Shown here in pieces: positions 25,076 through 64,000 of a stretch of 64,000 nt of DNA. The stretch covers positions 7,554,201-7,618,200 of the forward strand of contig NC_092670.1 in the NCBI RefSeq assembly GCF_964355755.1, read 5' to 3'. Both the position numbers and the translations under genes were made by a program. The first letter of the stretch is position 1, and the number at the start of each line of letters is the position of its first letter. The DNA is from Antedon mediterranea. Taxonomy: Eukaryota; Animalia; Echinodermata. Below the pieces are notes generated by a model. The model searched no databases and was not told where the DNA came from. It saw only the letters and a program-made list of their open reading frames with translations.

Positions 25076-27014
25076 TGTGCATTATAATGCCATATGGATT
25101 CGCTTTTCCGGGAGCAGTGGTGTACATGTTTGTTGACCGTAAAGGCTGGTAAACAAACTTTTTAGACGATTTATTCATACTCATCATAGTGATTGTATAT
25201 GTTTTGTGCCCTAATTCTAAAGGCTAGGCCCTATATAAAAAAGTACTTAACTTGTCACGCTTCATAAAATTACTTAACCTGTTCAGCCAAAGTGGACAGT
25301 CTTTCAGAACCATGTATGGTGTATGCTTACATTGTCATTGGGACTATACGGTTTATTAAAAGAATAGGCCTAGGCTAACTTTTAATTATTAGATTAGAAT
25401 AGGACTTCTCTGATTGTAATAATTATTTCATGAGGTGAAAATACAACATTTCATATCTTTCTTTACCAAATGAAATTAGTTTGTTTCATTGCACAGATAT
25501 AAAAATAATCATTTTTTATAATACACTATTTTTATTCAATTAATTGGCTCCTAAGACAGGTGCGACTAGCCCTAACCCATTCTAAAAAGAAGCACTTCAA
25601 TTTTGGATGGAGTAGAACACCTAGACGATGTATACTACAGATTGATTTCAAATGTTGACAGTCCACAGCCTTTTTTGTAAAAAAATAGTATATATTATTA
25701 GAAAATAATTACTATCAATATAAAAGTATCTAAATGTAGTAAAGATAGACATATATTTATTTACACCAGTAAACTTAATATTAGTTCTATATTTTATAAA
25801 ATCTATACGGTAATAGTTTGTATACAAAAATTGCCATAATGTTTTTGTACAAAACCCACACACAGATGTTTTTATCCACTTTTCATTTCTGCCTTCTAAG
25901 TACTGTTAATTGTGGTACTGTTAGCAAGTCTCCACATCCTGTTCTACTGGTCATTGAGAATGTCCTGTATGTCAATGTCAGTAAAATAAATTAGACAAAC
26001 ATCTTTATTTTACAAAAATAGTTTAAAGAAGCATTGGAAAGTAAAATGTATACACAGTGACTATAAAGAAGGTAGTTGTGTAAACACTTGTTGTTGATAT
26101 AAAGTTAGCGGTACACCACGTATGTTAGTTCTGAAAAGAACTGTTGAGTTTCTCGAGTTTCACTCAATATGCTTTGATGCATGCATATTGATGGAAAATT
26201 TCATTCTTCACTCAGTAATCATATACCAACATTTATTTATCATGATATTAATAATGAAGTAATTTAGAAATTTATTCTTAGAATATATTTTGAAATGTCT
26301 TCATGAAAACGCATTCCAAACTCTCAAATAAGATCTAAGTACTTTGTGGTTAAAAATATACTCCAGTATGAGTAATAATTGGTTTTTGGCATTTACTATG
26401 CTAGGCCTATTGGTATTTTTATTCAATCATTTTTCTAATAATTGTGTAAATTTATTTAAAAATGGTATACTCGTTTATTTAATTACAGATTCTCCACATA
26501 TAAAAAACATTACAATAAATAATGATATATAATGAGTAAAAACAAAGTATGGTGGAAAGAAAGCCTAAATAAGTTTTAAGAAAACTTTACACCTATAGGC
26601 TCCAAGAAATAAGCAAAGTACAGCAACAAGTAGTTGGGAAGTAACAGAAACTGTATGATGAAAGTGAACATTCCCAAATACCGACTTGCATCTTGTTGCA
26701 TAAAACAACTTTTGTATAAAATATGTAAACTATTCAAGTACAGTCAGTACTCTTGACAATTGGTTGATCTTTTGCCTATTTTTTAGTAAAAATATCTACT
26801 TCAAATCTCAATAGGATTTATAGTTCATTGAACCTATTGTTCTGATTTTCCCAGGGCTTTTCATAATAGGAGAGTGTAACTGTCACTACTTCAATTCTAC
26901 AGTTACTTTGTATGCCTATCCCTTGCAGAGGTTACTATATTGGAGCTCAGGTATGTACTTTATAGCATTAGATCATAAGACTGGTGGTGTGTAAAAGACC
27001 ACATCTATAAGTTA

Positions 27015-27340
27015 TGGTTAATTCTGACATAGGCGAGCACAATGGATAAACTTCGGGACAAATCTCTGCCTTGGATACCTACAGTACCTGATCTATCTCA
27101 GATATACCAAGAAATGTAAATTTGATAACATTAGTTTCACTATTACAATTTTGTTCCATATTTCTGTCTTAGGAAGATTATATAGAGTTTTAAAACAAAA
27201 TTTCTGATTTCATCGGTAAATTTTCAACTAAATTTCAATTGTACGCGATCAAAATAATTTCCAGGTTCATGATGAGTTCACGGGTTCACCTTGCAACTAC
27301 CTTGTTTCAACTAAGTTGGCCGTTTTTGTTTATTTTCGTT
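27015..27340. mobile_element. Interspersed repeat (probable non-autonomous DNA transposon end), inverted homolog of 49130-49472
   Basis: taattctgacataggcgagcacaatgga..aacttcgggacaaatctc..ccttggatacc..atttgataacattagttt..tcttaggaagat matches the reverse complement of 49150-49470; a related start lies at 44564. Confidence 0.75.
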
Positions 27341-28030
27341 TTTGTTTAATTTAATACAAGTTTCTGCAATTAAAAAATTCATCAAGTACTTTATTAAATA
27401 AATTTTGTATGACTAGATGGTTCTCGAATACACATTCATTTCAATATAAAAAATGTACGTACCGCAGGACTATAGTACATTGTCGTTTACAGAAACGAAT
27501 AATTAGACATGATGATTTATGTAAAATTAGCACCCTAGGAATTAGGCCTTGTCTTAAAAATGAGTCCAATTGTTTTATTTGAACTCATTTAAACAAACCC
27601 AATTTGTGTTTTGTATATACCCTGTAGCAGTAGAGTTGAGGGATAGGGAAGAAGATGGGAAGAACAATTTTTAAATATATTCTCTAGCCACTCAGTAACG
27701 AAATATTGTTTTAAATGTTTTATAGGCCTATCAATATACCACTAAACACAGTAAAACATTTACGATTTGTAATATTTTTTAAAACTGTCCTTGTTTTATA
27801 GTCGATTGAAATAGTAAAGTACATGTAACGATACACCACTACAACGTTTATATTTTTGATAATTATTAATTAATACAAACGTTGAGAAGCAGCTGTCAGT
27901 AATCTACCCACAGTTACAGTAATAAATGTTCTTTTGTTTATATATCAAACAGTAACAATTTTGATTCAAATGGCGACCAAAAATGGTTAATACATACAGT
28001 TACAATATTGTCAAAGTATTACAACACTAT

Positions 28031-28852
28031 GGCCCTGTTTCTGCTGCCAACTAAATACCGTATATTATACGGTATTTTTTGAATACCGTATATATACGGT
28101 ATATTTTTGGCAGCAGAAACTGCGCTCATAAAAAATATACCGTATTTTGTATACCGTATTTTCCCCACAAAATTTGTGGATAAAATACGGTATTTACAAA
28201 TTTATACCGTATTTTTTGTACCCGTTTCTGCTGCCAATAAAAAATACCGTATTTTTTTTTTACATGACAAAAGGTCAACATTCGTGTTTTTATTTTCTGT
28301 CGCTGTCAGCTGTTTTACACACGTGTATATATATATTCGGCGAAAATGTGGAGCGAAGACGTCACAGTTTTACTAAATAAATTTGTGTGGGGAAGCTAAA
28401 ATGTCTGGCCAACTAAAAGGTAATAAAAGAGACAACCACATTTATAAAGACATTTCTAAAATAAAAAAGCAGGAGTATGGAATAGACTTGTCTCCAAAGC
28501 AAGTAAACTCAAAGCTGAAGAGCCTGCGAAAGCAGTACAACATTGCAAAATACAATAACTCGGGGAGGGAACGAATTAATTGTCCCCATTACGATGTTTC
28601 TGTGCTTTCACAACATCTCTATCACTAGGGCTAGGCTGTTGAAAGTGAGACGTAAAACTTCCTTTATTGCGACTTTTAATTATCGATCAAATAAATGAAT
28701 GGCAATTTGGGTAAAAAAGATGAAATTTAACACGACCACCCAAGAAGTATTGTTAGCAGAAACGGGGTACTAAAAAATACGGTATAAAAAATACCGTATT
28801 TTATACCGTATTTTTATACCGTATTTTGAGCAGTTGCAGCAGAAACAGGCCC
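28031..28852 (+). mobile_element. Non-autonomous PIF/Harbinger transposon with a Myb/SANT-like (trihelix) ORF remnant
   Basis: TIR GGCCCTGTTTCTGCTGCCAACT / AGTTGCAGCAGAAACAGGCCC, flanks tat/taa, many subterminal ataccgta repeats; frameshifted WSEDVTVLLNKFVWG/EAKMSGQLKGNKRDNHIYKDISK...YGIDLSPKQVNSKLKSLRKQY...SGRERINCPHYD. Confidence 0.88.
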
Positions 28853-29460
28853 TAAATATAAGTTTTATTCTCAAAGGGCCCATAAATTTACCTACTTCTG
28901 TTAAACCAAGGGCTCATAAATTTACCTACAAACTGGGAGTCTGAAAGATTGGAATGTTCCATTCATCGCAAATCAATACATTTGTATAAACGTAATCTAT
29001 CAAAATAGTATTTTTTAAAGAAAATCGGCCTGTCTTCAACATTATGATACTGTACTCGGGCTGTTCAACCGGTTTTCAGCTATTAAAAACAATTATCCTA
29101 GGAGGAGATAGGAAAATGCGAAGTATCCTCGTACTATTGTGTGCAGGTATTTTTCATGAGGACATCCATTAGACAGTGTATACCACGATCGGAAAACACC
29201 CCTATTTGGGGCAAATCGTTGAACCTAAATTCGTTTTAATTGTCAATAAGTAATTATCTAACTAAATTTAATTAGTACACAGGGTTACATCAGGTGGTTA
29301 AAATCAGTACCGAGATTCTAACCAACTTTATATACCATCGAGTAAACATTCTAGAAATAATGCGCGATTTACCGAATTTTGCCCTTACGTAAATTTATAT
29401 ATAGATGTTTTTCCTTCTAATGTACATTAAAATTGTTTTTTGAATACTGTGCCATGTTAA

Positions 29461-31104
29461 AGGGGGATTCTGGGTTTAAAATTGCTTTTAAATATCGTTT
29501 ATTTATTAAATAAAAAATATTATAACAATATAGACATGTCAGAATGAAGAAGTAATAACGAGAAATTAAAAAAATTAAATTTCATATACATTTTAAGGTA
29601 AATTCATGGAAAGTCTGTTTTTCAGCAGCTTAGGGAAGCTCATTAATATTCATGAGATATTCACAAAATCACGTCATCAGTGGATTCCAAACTCGCGACG
29701 TCAAGCTTGTACGTTATGTTCTCTCTCCTCTGTCAAACGATGACCACCCGATCATTGTGAAATACATTTTTTTTGTAGATTTGCTAAGCTAGGCCTAAAG
29801 TGTAATAATAACAGTAGTAGCATATATTTATTTGACATTTAATGAAATACAAAATTTAGTACAGATTACGGAGTCATAAATTATACTATTTTTATACCTC
29901 GAATTAATAGTACAGATCGTATATATCGGCTTCACGTACTAGTTAGTAGGCTAGGCCTAGCCTAAATCATTTTATTCATGCCGGGGTGAGAGCCATTTCT
30001 GACTAGGGATTCCATGCCACGATGGCTACGTTAAAACATTGCATTGGGGCCATCATTCATGGGCCTAGCTAGCCTATTACTAAACGATTGGCCCATAAAT
30101 AACAAAACTCAGTGGATTCCAAACCCATCCTATCAACCAAACTCCTAAACAATCTAGGCCTAAACCTAAAACGTTCTACAAAAATCGGCTGTAAATATTG
30201 AGGCAAAACAAGGTCCGATCGCCGTCCGCACGTCTAATAAGTAGGCCTAGTTAGTTTACTCTCCAAAAAAGCGGATACTGCATCAAGCAAGTAGACCGGT
30301 AGTAAGATAGGAAGGAGACCTAGCTAGCCTAGCCTAGTCGATCCGGCCCAGTTAAAAATTGAGCTAGCTAATGTAGTAGACCCTATGCGAATTGATACTA
30401 CCAGGCCTTTTACTATAGGCTACACTCTTGTTAAAATTAGCAATACTGTACTTATGTTTACAAATATTCCAACTCTCTCATTCGAGCTATATTATCTATA
30501 CCATTCCGGTAGGTTGAGTAGACCTTCAATCAAATACTGTACATCGTTCATGTTGTGATATAGACGGGGTATACTCGACCCGACCAGTTTGGTATTGTAT
30601 ACTGTATCTGCTTATCACGTGACGATGCCAGGCATGGGCAGAGAGAGCATGTGTATCGTCGTCTCGCTCTCCTCGCTCAGCAGGTGGTGCAGGATTGTGT
30701 ACGTTACGCTTCATTGATTTTGAAGGCTTTCCCTAAGTCAGTGCGAAAATCGGCAAACGTAAAGTGCAAACTTATCTAATTTTTCACTGTTTTGATGGAT
30801 TTTCATAGAAAATTGATTTTATAAATGGGAAGACCGACTAAAATTACATAAGATAAGTATAATTTTACAAAAGTAATTGATATGGTTAATGATAACGAGT
30901 CGTCGGAAGATTGACCATTTCACGAATTTCGTATTCTGTAACCACAGTGTGATTTTGCCGTAGCTGCACTTGTAATCTGGCCTCATTTCACAGCCTTCGT
31001 TCTGCTTCACTGGGCGCTTATATAAATTGAAACTTTTACCGTTCAAGAGACAAACAAATATATTTTACATTTTTTACTATTCATTTTAAACCCGGAACCC
31101 CCCT
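29461..31104. mobile_element. Non-autonomous TTAA-targeting DNA transposon (Kolobok-like)
   Basis: TTAA at 29457-29460 and 31105-31108; 22-bp TIR AGGGGGATTCTGGGTTTAAAAT vs AGGGGGGTTCCGGGTTTAAAAT; purine start rather than the CCC of piggyBac; no transposase ORF seen. Confidence 0.8.
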
Positions 31105-31278
31105 TTAAAGTCATTGTAATGTCACTTAATTATTCACTTTGACCAAAATTGAATCTAAAAAAAATTATTTAATAAAGCAAAACATAGTGAAATTGGTTGA
31201 ATTTAACCAATTATTTTTTCATTTTATTAGTGAAAACATTAACATTAATGTTTTTTTTTTGTTTTTTTTCTCCTACAG

Positions 31279-31389
31279 AAGTGATTAACTTGATTAAAAC
31301 TACAAAATAACCTATTCAAAGTCTTTTGGGGGACAATACATCTTTAAAGATATTACGAGAAATAAAACAAAACCAGAAGGGATTTATCG
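31279..31389 (+). other. Candidate non-coding exon (5' UTR of the ABC gene or lncRNA)
   Basis: Strong acceptor ttttttctcctacag and donor CG|gtaagt; no supporting ORF. Confidence 0.4.
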
Positions 31390-32125
31390 GTAAGTGTTCT
31401 AAATGTAGCGCTGTGTAGTTGGTAGCTTGTCAGGACATTGACTGAAAATTAAAATTATACCTTTGCTATAGATTTATACAAATTTGCTTTTTCCAAGTAA
31501 CGCACTAAAATAAATAAAACAGAATTGGATTTAACTGAGGTAAGACTGTATTATATGCAATTGGAATAATAAAGTTGTCAGGGCATTTACTGAAAATTTA
31601 AATGATTATTTATTAATAATAAATTTTACAAATATTTTATTGTTTTTCCAAGTACTGTAAAAGTATGTAATGAAATTGTAGGGATTTAACTGGGTCAGTG
31701 TTGTGTATTAAATAAAGTTGATATTTGTAAAAAGCCTGTCAGGGCAATGACTGAAAATTAAAAAGAAATCTTGGTTAATAAGTATACAAATGTTGTTTTT
31801 CCAAGTAAAAGTACTTATTAAGACATAAAAATGAAAAGGGATTTAACTTGGTCAGTGTTACTAAAGTTCATATTTTTTAGAATATTAAATAAAGTTGATA
31901 GTTGTCAGAAGCCTTTCAGGGCAATGACTGAAAATTAAAATTATACCTTTGTTAATAAGTGTATACACATTTTATTTTCCAAGTAAACATATTACATAAT
32001 ACATAAAACAGAATGGATCTGTAGGTCAGTGTTAATGTGACTATACTAAAGTTCATAGTTTTTAGAATAACAAAGTTGTACTAGTAGTTGTCAGAAATCA
32101 GGACATTGACTGAAAATTAATGATA
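31370..32125. repeat. Diverged tandem repeat, about 5 units of 150-180 bp
   Basis: tcagg(a/g)ca(t/a)tgactgaaaatt at about 31430, 31578, 31739, 31917 and 32098, with ttttccaagta and gatttaact landmarks. Confidence 0.85.
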
Positions 32126-34779
32126 TATCTGTTAACTACATAACAAGGTGTATAATTAAAGCATTTTCTACTAATCTATCCAGTACATTCTTCAGACAGT
32201 TAATATTAGATAAAATACAATATTCTTGCTGCATACAAACAAACAACATTGACTTTGCATCATTGAACATTGTGACAATAGATTTGCATAGCAATTTTTA
32301 AAAAGTAGTTCAATTGCAAGCCACAATAGGTTCATTTTGAAAGATCACTTGTGTGTGAACATGGGTTTTCTTGTTAGAATTTAAATCTTTAACCTTCTTT
32401 TGTGTATGATCAATTACAAATACCTTTTAAAGAGACCATGCTGCAATTACAAAGAACTCCCTTTTATCTGTGGGATTAAAAGCCACATTGAATGTCACTC
32501 TTTATGCCTGCAGAATAGCAAAAAAGTGGATGGGTTTGTTTGATTCTATCAAATTGTATGTTGAATTAAGATTATTTTAGTGCTTAGAAGTCCAGATTTA
32601 AATGTACACATCACATCAACAGACTTTATTCCGCACATACAGTGGGGGCGCACCCTCCGCACGCCCCCCCCCCCTCCCTATGAATCTTAAGAAAAAAATT
32701 ATCCTACCATAGTACTTTCACTTTTGATTACACATTGTTTCAGCGCCGTGCTAATTTACTTTTTATTAGAGGTCCCCATTGCCGTTGCTGTCTGTAAATA
32801 TCTAAGAGTTCAAAAATGAGTAGCCTATTTTCACCTGAAGAAAATAAACGCATTTTGGTCCCTGAATGTAACATGATATTGACACGTGTATAGTACCCAT
32901 ACTTGGGACACGAATGATTCGTACAAAGGACACCGCCATACAACCGAGTAGGCCTACCTATTGCTTAGATTGCTGGCAGTCAGAAAGCATAAATAAAAGT
33001 GTATTATACGTAAAAAATGGAACGCCATGGTTACCTACAGATCATCATCATTATGTTGATAATAATATAGTACACTAACTGTGGTAACTGTGTACTGTAG
33101 TATACATTATAGCAACCAATTTTTTTTTCTAGGCCATCCACCCAACTGTATCAATACCTATTTATATTTATATATTTAATTTCTTCAACAAGTTGATTTA
33201 AATAAATATTGAGCTATAATATATAAGCATTACATTTTGCGCTTTTTTCAGGGCTTCCCCTAGATCTGCTGTATGTTCGCATTGAACTTGAACGCAACGC
33301 AATCAAATCTAAATACTGAGTGAATGAAATCGGCAACAAAATGTTATCGTCCTTTAATTAGTCACGTGTGTTTATTGATCGTTTTGCTCATTGGTAGCAT
33401 GCTACATATGAGAGTGTCGTTTCCTGCAAATTAGAGGTGCTATTTATCATGAATTTTATATGCGAGAGTACCATTTCCGGCCATCTGGTTCACTTCGCCA
33501 CAGGTCCTGCCGACGGACCTGGACAAGAACCTTTTTCCGCCATGTGCAAAATCGAACGTCTTGCGCGAAGCGCCCTGTTGTGACGCTTTTACTCAAAATA
33601 GGCCTATGGAGAAAATGTCACCCTTTAATAGGCTAGTACCTCAGTTTTCATATTTAAAATATCAATTGTTAATACATTTATAATTAGGCCATAAGCAGTA
33701 AATTCTAACGTTTCATCTCGTTCCGATGTCATGGATCTACAATTTCTTTACATATTTAGAATAATAATTTTATAAATAACAACATATCAAAAGTTCTCCA
33801 TAATCGTGTTAGACAATTTTGAGAAATTACTGTTTTATTTTGGTACTTTATTTTAATATACACCGCGTGAGTGATTTGGTCGGGCCGAACGTTACACGTT
33901 CAAATTATCAGCAACGTCTTAAAAACTGTACCACGTGATCGTATTTCACCAATCATGCTCTGTTTACAGATGAGGGGAATCCCCAAAACTCACACACGGC
34001 AACGTCACACGTGGACAAAAATATTCAATCATGATGAATGGAGCTGGACGTGGAGGAAAATTTGTTTGATTCCCCACCAAACAAATGCTACTGTAAACGA
34101 AGAAATGATGCATCTTATGATCATCCTATTGTATTGAAATAGTCTCCTGCTCATATAAGAAATGGGATTTTTAGAATGTTACCACTTAAACCAGTGTGCT
34201 ATATTAATAATATTCGTACAGAAAGGCTAGGCTAGCTAGCTACGTCTTTAGGCTCTAGCCTAAAGGCTTAAGGTAGCACACTGGCCTAGGTCTGGAGGTG
34301 TATACTAGGCTACTCTCAAGATGGCATAGGCTAGGTAGGCCCAGCAGCAGCACAGTACAGTTAGGCCTGCTACTAAACTATAACTTAATGGGCTATTATT
34401 AAGTTAAAACAGCGACAAACGGAATACAAAGACACAGGTGAGGATAGCATAATTTTAGTACATTTTGAGCAAACATAATAAATACACATTAAAATTAATA
34501 TATTATTATTTATTATTATTAATAATTACAATTGTTTGAAATAATTAATTTGGTCTGGCCTAGAGTAAGCAGGCTTTCCCAAAACTGTACCTAGGCTATC
34601 CTATTTAGTATTATGCATTCATTTTGATGGCCTGGTCCGAAGACTAGGCCTAGGCCTAGTATTCATACATCAGCCCGGTATTATTTTTATTTATAAATGC
34701 TTAATTTTAATTAAAAATAATTTATTTCATTTCAACTGTATCATTTCAATTCAATTTATATTCAATTATTTATGTCTAG

Positions 34780-34831
34780 GTTGTCTAGTGGAAAGGAGGC
34801 ACAAAAATGCTGAACACGTTCACTGATTCTG
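34780..34831 (+). other. Candidate 5' UTR exon of the ABCB gene containing a uORF start
   Basis: tctag|...CTG|gtaagt; ATG at 34807 spliced to 37447 gives MLNTFTDSDKN*, ending just before the main ATG at 37467. Confidence 0.45.
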
Positions 34832-35747
34832 GTAAGTTTTGGATCCTTTTTTAATGTAGAGATGAGAAATGCCAAATGATTTATGTTTTGTTATAATTAT
34901 ATACAATAGTATTAAAATTAGTAATGAAAGTTAAAAATAGTAATGAATGCAAGAAATAGCTGAAAAACATCCATTACTTTAAAAATGTTTTATATACCAG
35001 GTTGCATTGTCAATAAACACTATATAGTAATGGAAAGTGTGTGGTAGAGTAAGTAAAGTTGAAAATGTTTCAACATTTCTGTGTATGGTTTACCACAAAT
35101 CTGAACTAATTTTTAAATATAAAACCAAAAAGATTCATTGTAATTTAATAATATTCAGTTTAACTAAAATATTAAGTAATCGATATAAATTAGATAATCT
35201 ATTCTTGATTATTTGTTACAGAAATGATACCAACTTCAAAACAATTGTCATCATCTTGAATTTTTCATAAACTTCAAAACCGTCAACTGGCTGAATGTAA
35301 AATACTTACTGCAAATGTTGCTGAATCTATGTTTAATTGTACCTACCTACCACGTAGTATGTACATACTGTATATGAAGGATATTCCACATAGTAATTAT
35401 TAATTATTAATTAGTTCAAGTATATTTGCTATTTCCATTGTACACTGGCCATGCCGCACCTGAAATTGACAACTTTTCTACTTGACTACTAGTTATGCTG
35501 GTACAACGTATCTAGAGAAGAGTAGGATTATATACATTGTATATTGGGCAACATGTAGGGTTGTAAAAAAACACAAATCCAAAAGAAACAACAACAAAAT
35601 AAATGAAAATACATTACAAGGTATTTGTTGTATATTGTGTGTATATATGTCCATCTCATATCATTATCAATAATAATAGTTCTCTCCACAAGACTTACAT
35701 TCATGTTATCAATATAAAAACAGTAAAAATGGGCTGGCAGGCCTACT

Positions 35748-36900
35748 TATCTGGTGTTTCACAGAAAAAAATGGGTTGTTTTTATGGAAGCTCCTGGCCT
35801 AAATTGGCACTAAAAACTCCTAAAAAATGCAATATTTAAGTTACAATAAATAAGTTATTGCATAATCATTTATTGTTTGTGTTGAAAATTTACTCAGATG
35901 TCACTAACATACTAGCATACCCATTGCATGAATATAAATATTATTATGGCAAGTCATTTTCTAAGAAATCATGTAGGCTTACGTACTCCTCAAAAACAAA
36001 TAAAACATCAAAATTATCTATAAAATTAGCAAATTCTCAGCTGGTGCAGTGCATCTTCCTATATAAAAAAAAATCATCCTATATAAAAAAAATCATCAAG
36101 CTGGTTTGAAAAGGTTGTTTATCAACCCTCTCGGGTAGTTGTACAGAAAAGGCATAGTATTTATTCAGGCGCCTTTTACGGTTTGAGTCGAGTTCACACA
36201 AAATTGGCACTAAAAACAAAAAAAATGCAATGTAAGTTACTATCATATTATTGCATAATAATTTATTTTGCGTTGAAACTTCACTTGTGTGTCACTAACT
36301 CACTAGGATACCCATTGCATGAATATAAATACATAGTGAGAGTTGATTATTAAAATATAACTGCTCAAAAAACGACTAAAAGATATTAAAATTATCTATA
36401 AAATTGGCCAAATCTCAGTTTTTGCATCTTCATAAATAAAACCTCCCTGAAGCTGACAAGCTGAAACTTTGAATCTTGTTTAACAACCCTCTCAAATAGT
36501 TGGGAAAAAAATATAAATATGGTATGTCAATTAGTTACGAAGATATTGTGTCTTAAACATCTTGAAAAGTGCAATTACAACTAAATAATTGTAATTTTTC
36601 AGTTTTCCTCACATACAAAATACTTATTTTTTAAATTTTAAATTTTGGATAAGTGTTCACAATATACTGGACTACTCACAGAGAAAAGACAATTGCATTT
36701 GGACAAAGACTTTTAAAGATATTGGCCCATAAAAGTACCTCCAGACCTCAAAAAGTGCCTTTTTTGCAGTAGTGGGGTACCTTTGAGAGGCCATTGCTCA
36801 AAAGTGTACAAGTATTTCATGGAGAACTTTTGATATAGTATGTGTAACATATTCATTTCACAATATCAACTTTCAAAATGTAGATCCAAGAGGTGGGAAC
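35748..36900. mobile_element. DNA-transposon remnant with two diverged units of about 400 bp
   Basis: aaattggcactaaaaac..gtcactaac..atacccattgcatgaatataaata..aaaattatctataaaatt..aaccctctc repeated at about 35801 and 36202; mariner-like start tatctggtgtttca. Confidence 0.55.
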
Positions 36901-37466
36901 GAAATCCATGTTCTAGGCATCTTTTGAGCTACTGCTTATGGCCTAAATAACGTGAGAGTGCCTTTTCCGACCATCTAGAGGTGTTATATTTTCAAAGTCG
37001 CCTCAACTCGACCCCAACCATGGTTGGGCTGAGTTGGTGTGGACTCTCTATAGTTGCGCCCCTCCCCCCTTTCACTAAATCATGGATCCGCACCTGTTTT
37101 TAAAGCTGTGAACAATTTAAAGTGCTTGCATTTCCTCAATAATATCATATTTATTTTTATCAACTTGTAGGTCTACTGTACAAATAATTTTAACTAAAGT
37201 CAGGTGACATTTTGAAACCTAGCCATACTTCTCAATCTAGAATCGCTTTATAAATCTTCAGATATTTTATGTATTTGTAAAATAGAAAAAAAAGTTTCAT
37301 TTGGTGAAAGATAAAATTTTCTTTTTATCATGAAATTATTTGTAACATTACACTATTATTATCATTACAATTTATACATTAAACTTTGGCATGTTGGTAT
37401 CTTAGTATATTTTTAATAATTGATCAATTCATATGTTTTATTGCAGATAAAAATTGAAAAATAAAA

Positions 37467-63853
<26,387 letters not shown>

Positions 63854-64000
63854 GTAATTTTAAGCAACTTTTCACAACTCTCTGCCTCCTACCTAAAACA
63901 GAATAGTACTATTGCCTTACTCTAGCCAACCTCTATCTCAGATTTAGTTTAGAGGTAATCTTTTACTTTTAAAGCTAAGATATTCTGTACAGTTGGAGGA

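Noticed and set aside
18234-32125. Regularly spaced repeats (18234-18447, 31370-32125) superficially resembling CRISPR arrays
   Set aside because: Whole units are homologous with no unique spacers; eukaryotic context and no cas genes.
32160-32197. Possible hammerhead on the minus strand (CUGAAGA..UACUGG/UUAGUA..GAAA)
   Set aside because: Extra bases before stem II and no convincing stems I/III; at best a decayed relic.

Overview
AT-rich, intron-rich eukaryotic DNA from an invertebrate animal; the repeat landscape suggests a deuterostome such as an echinoderm (inference). There are three recognisable + strand genes: a class VI POU gene (exons 2498-10676, 5' end probably upstream of the window), a 3-exon 204-aa AAA_28/NadR-Ttd14-type P-loop kinase-like gene (20461-22286), and an ABCB1/P-glycoprotein-type transporter (ATG 37467, running off the end of the window). 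Introns and intergenic DNA contain a Rex1/Babar LINE end, tRNA-derived SINEs, Harbinger, Kolobok-like and hAT-like elements, MITEs and minisatellites. The most notable observations are: (1) minimal type I hammerhead ribozyme motifs in Penelope-like pLTR remnants, including perfect foldbacks in host introns; (2) an unannotated, phase-consistent 6-exon antisense gene of about 296 aa nested in the large ABCB1 linker intron; (3) three decayed immunoglobulin-domain segments around the AAA_28 gene; (4) TA-transposon excision footprints visible by comparing repeat copies. All calls come from manual reading; no database searches were run.
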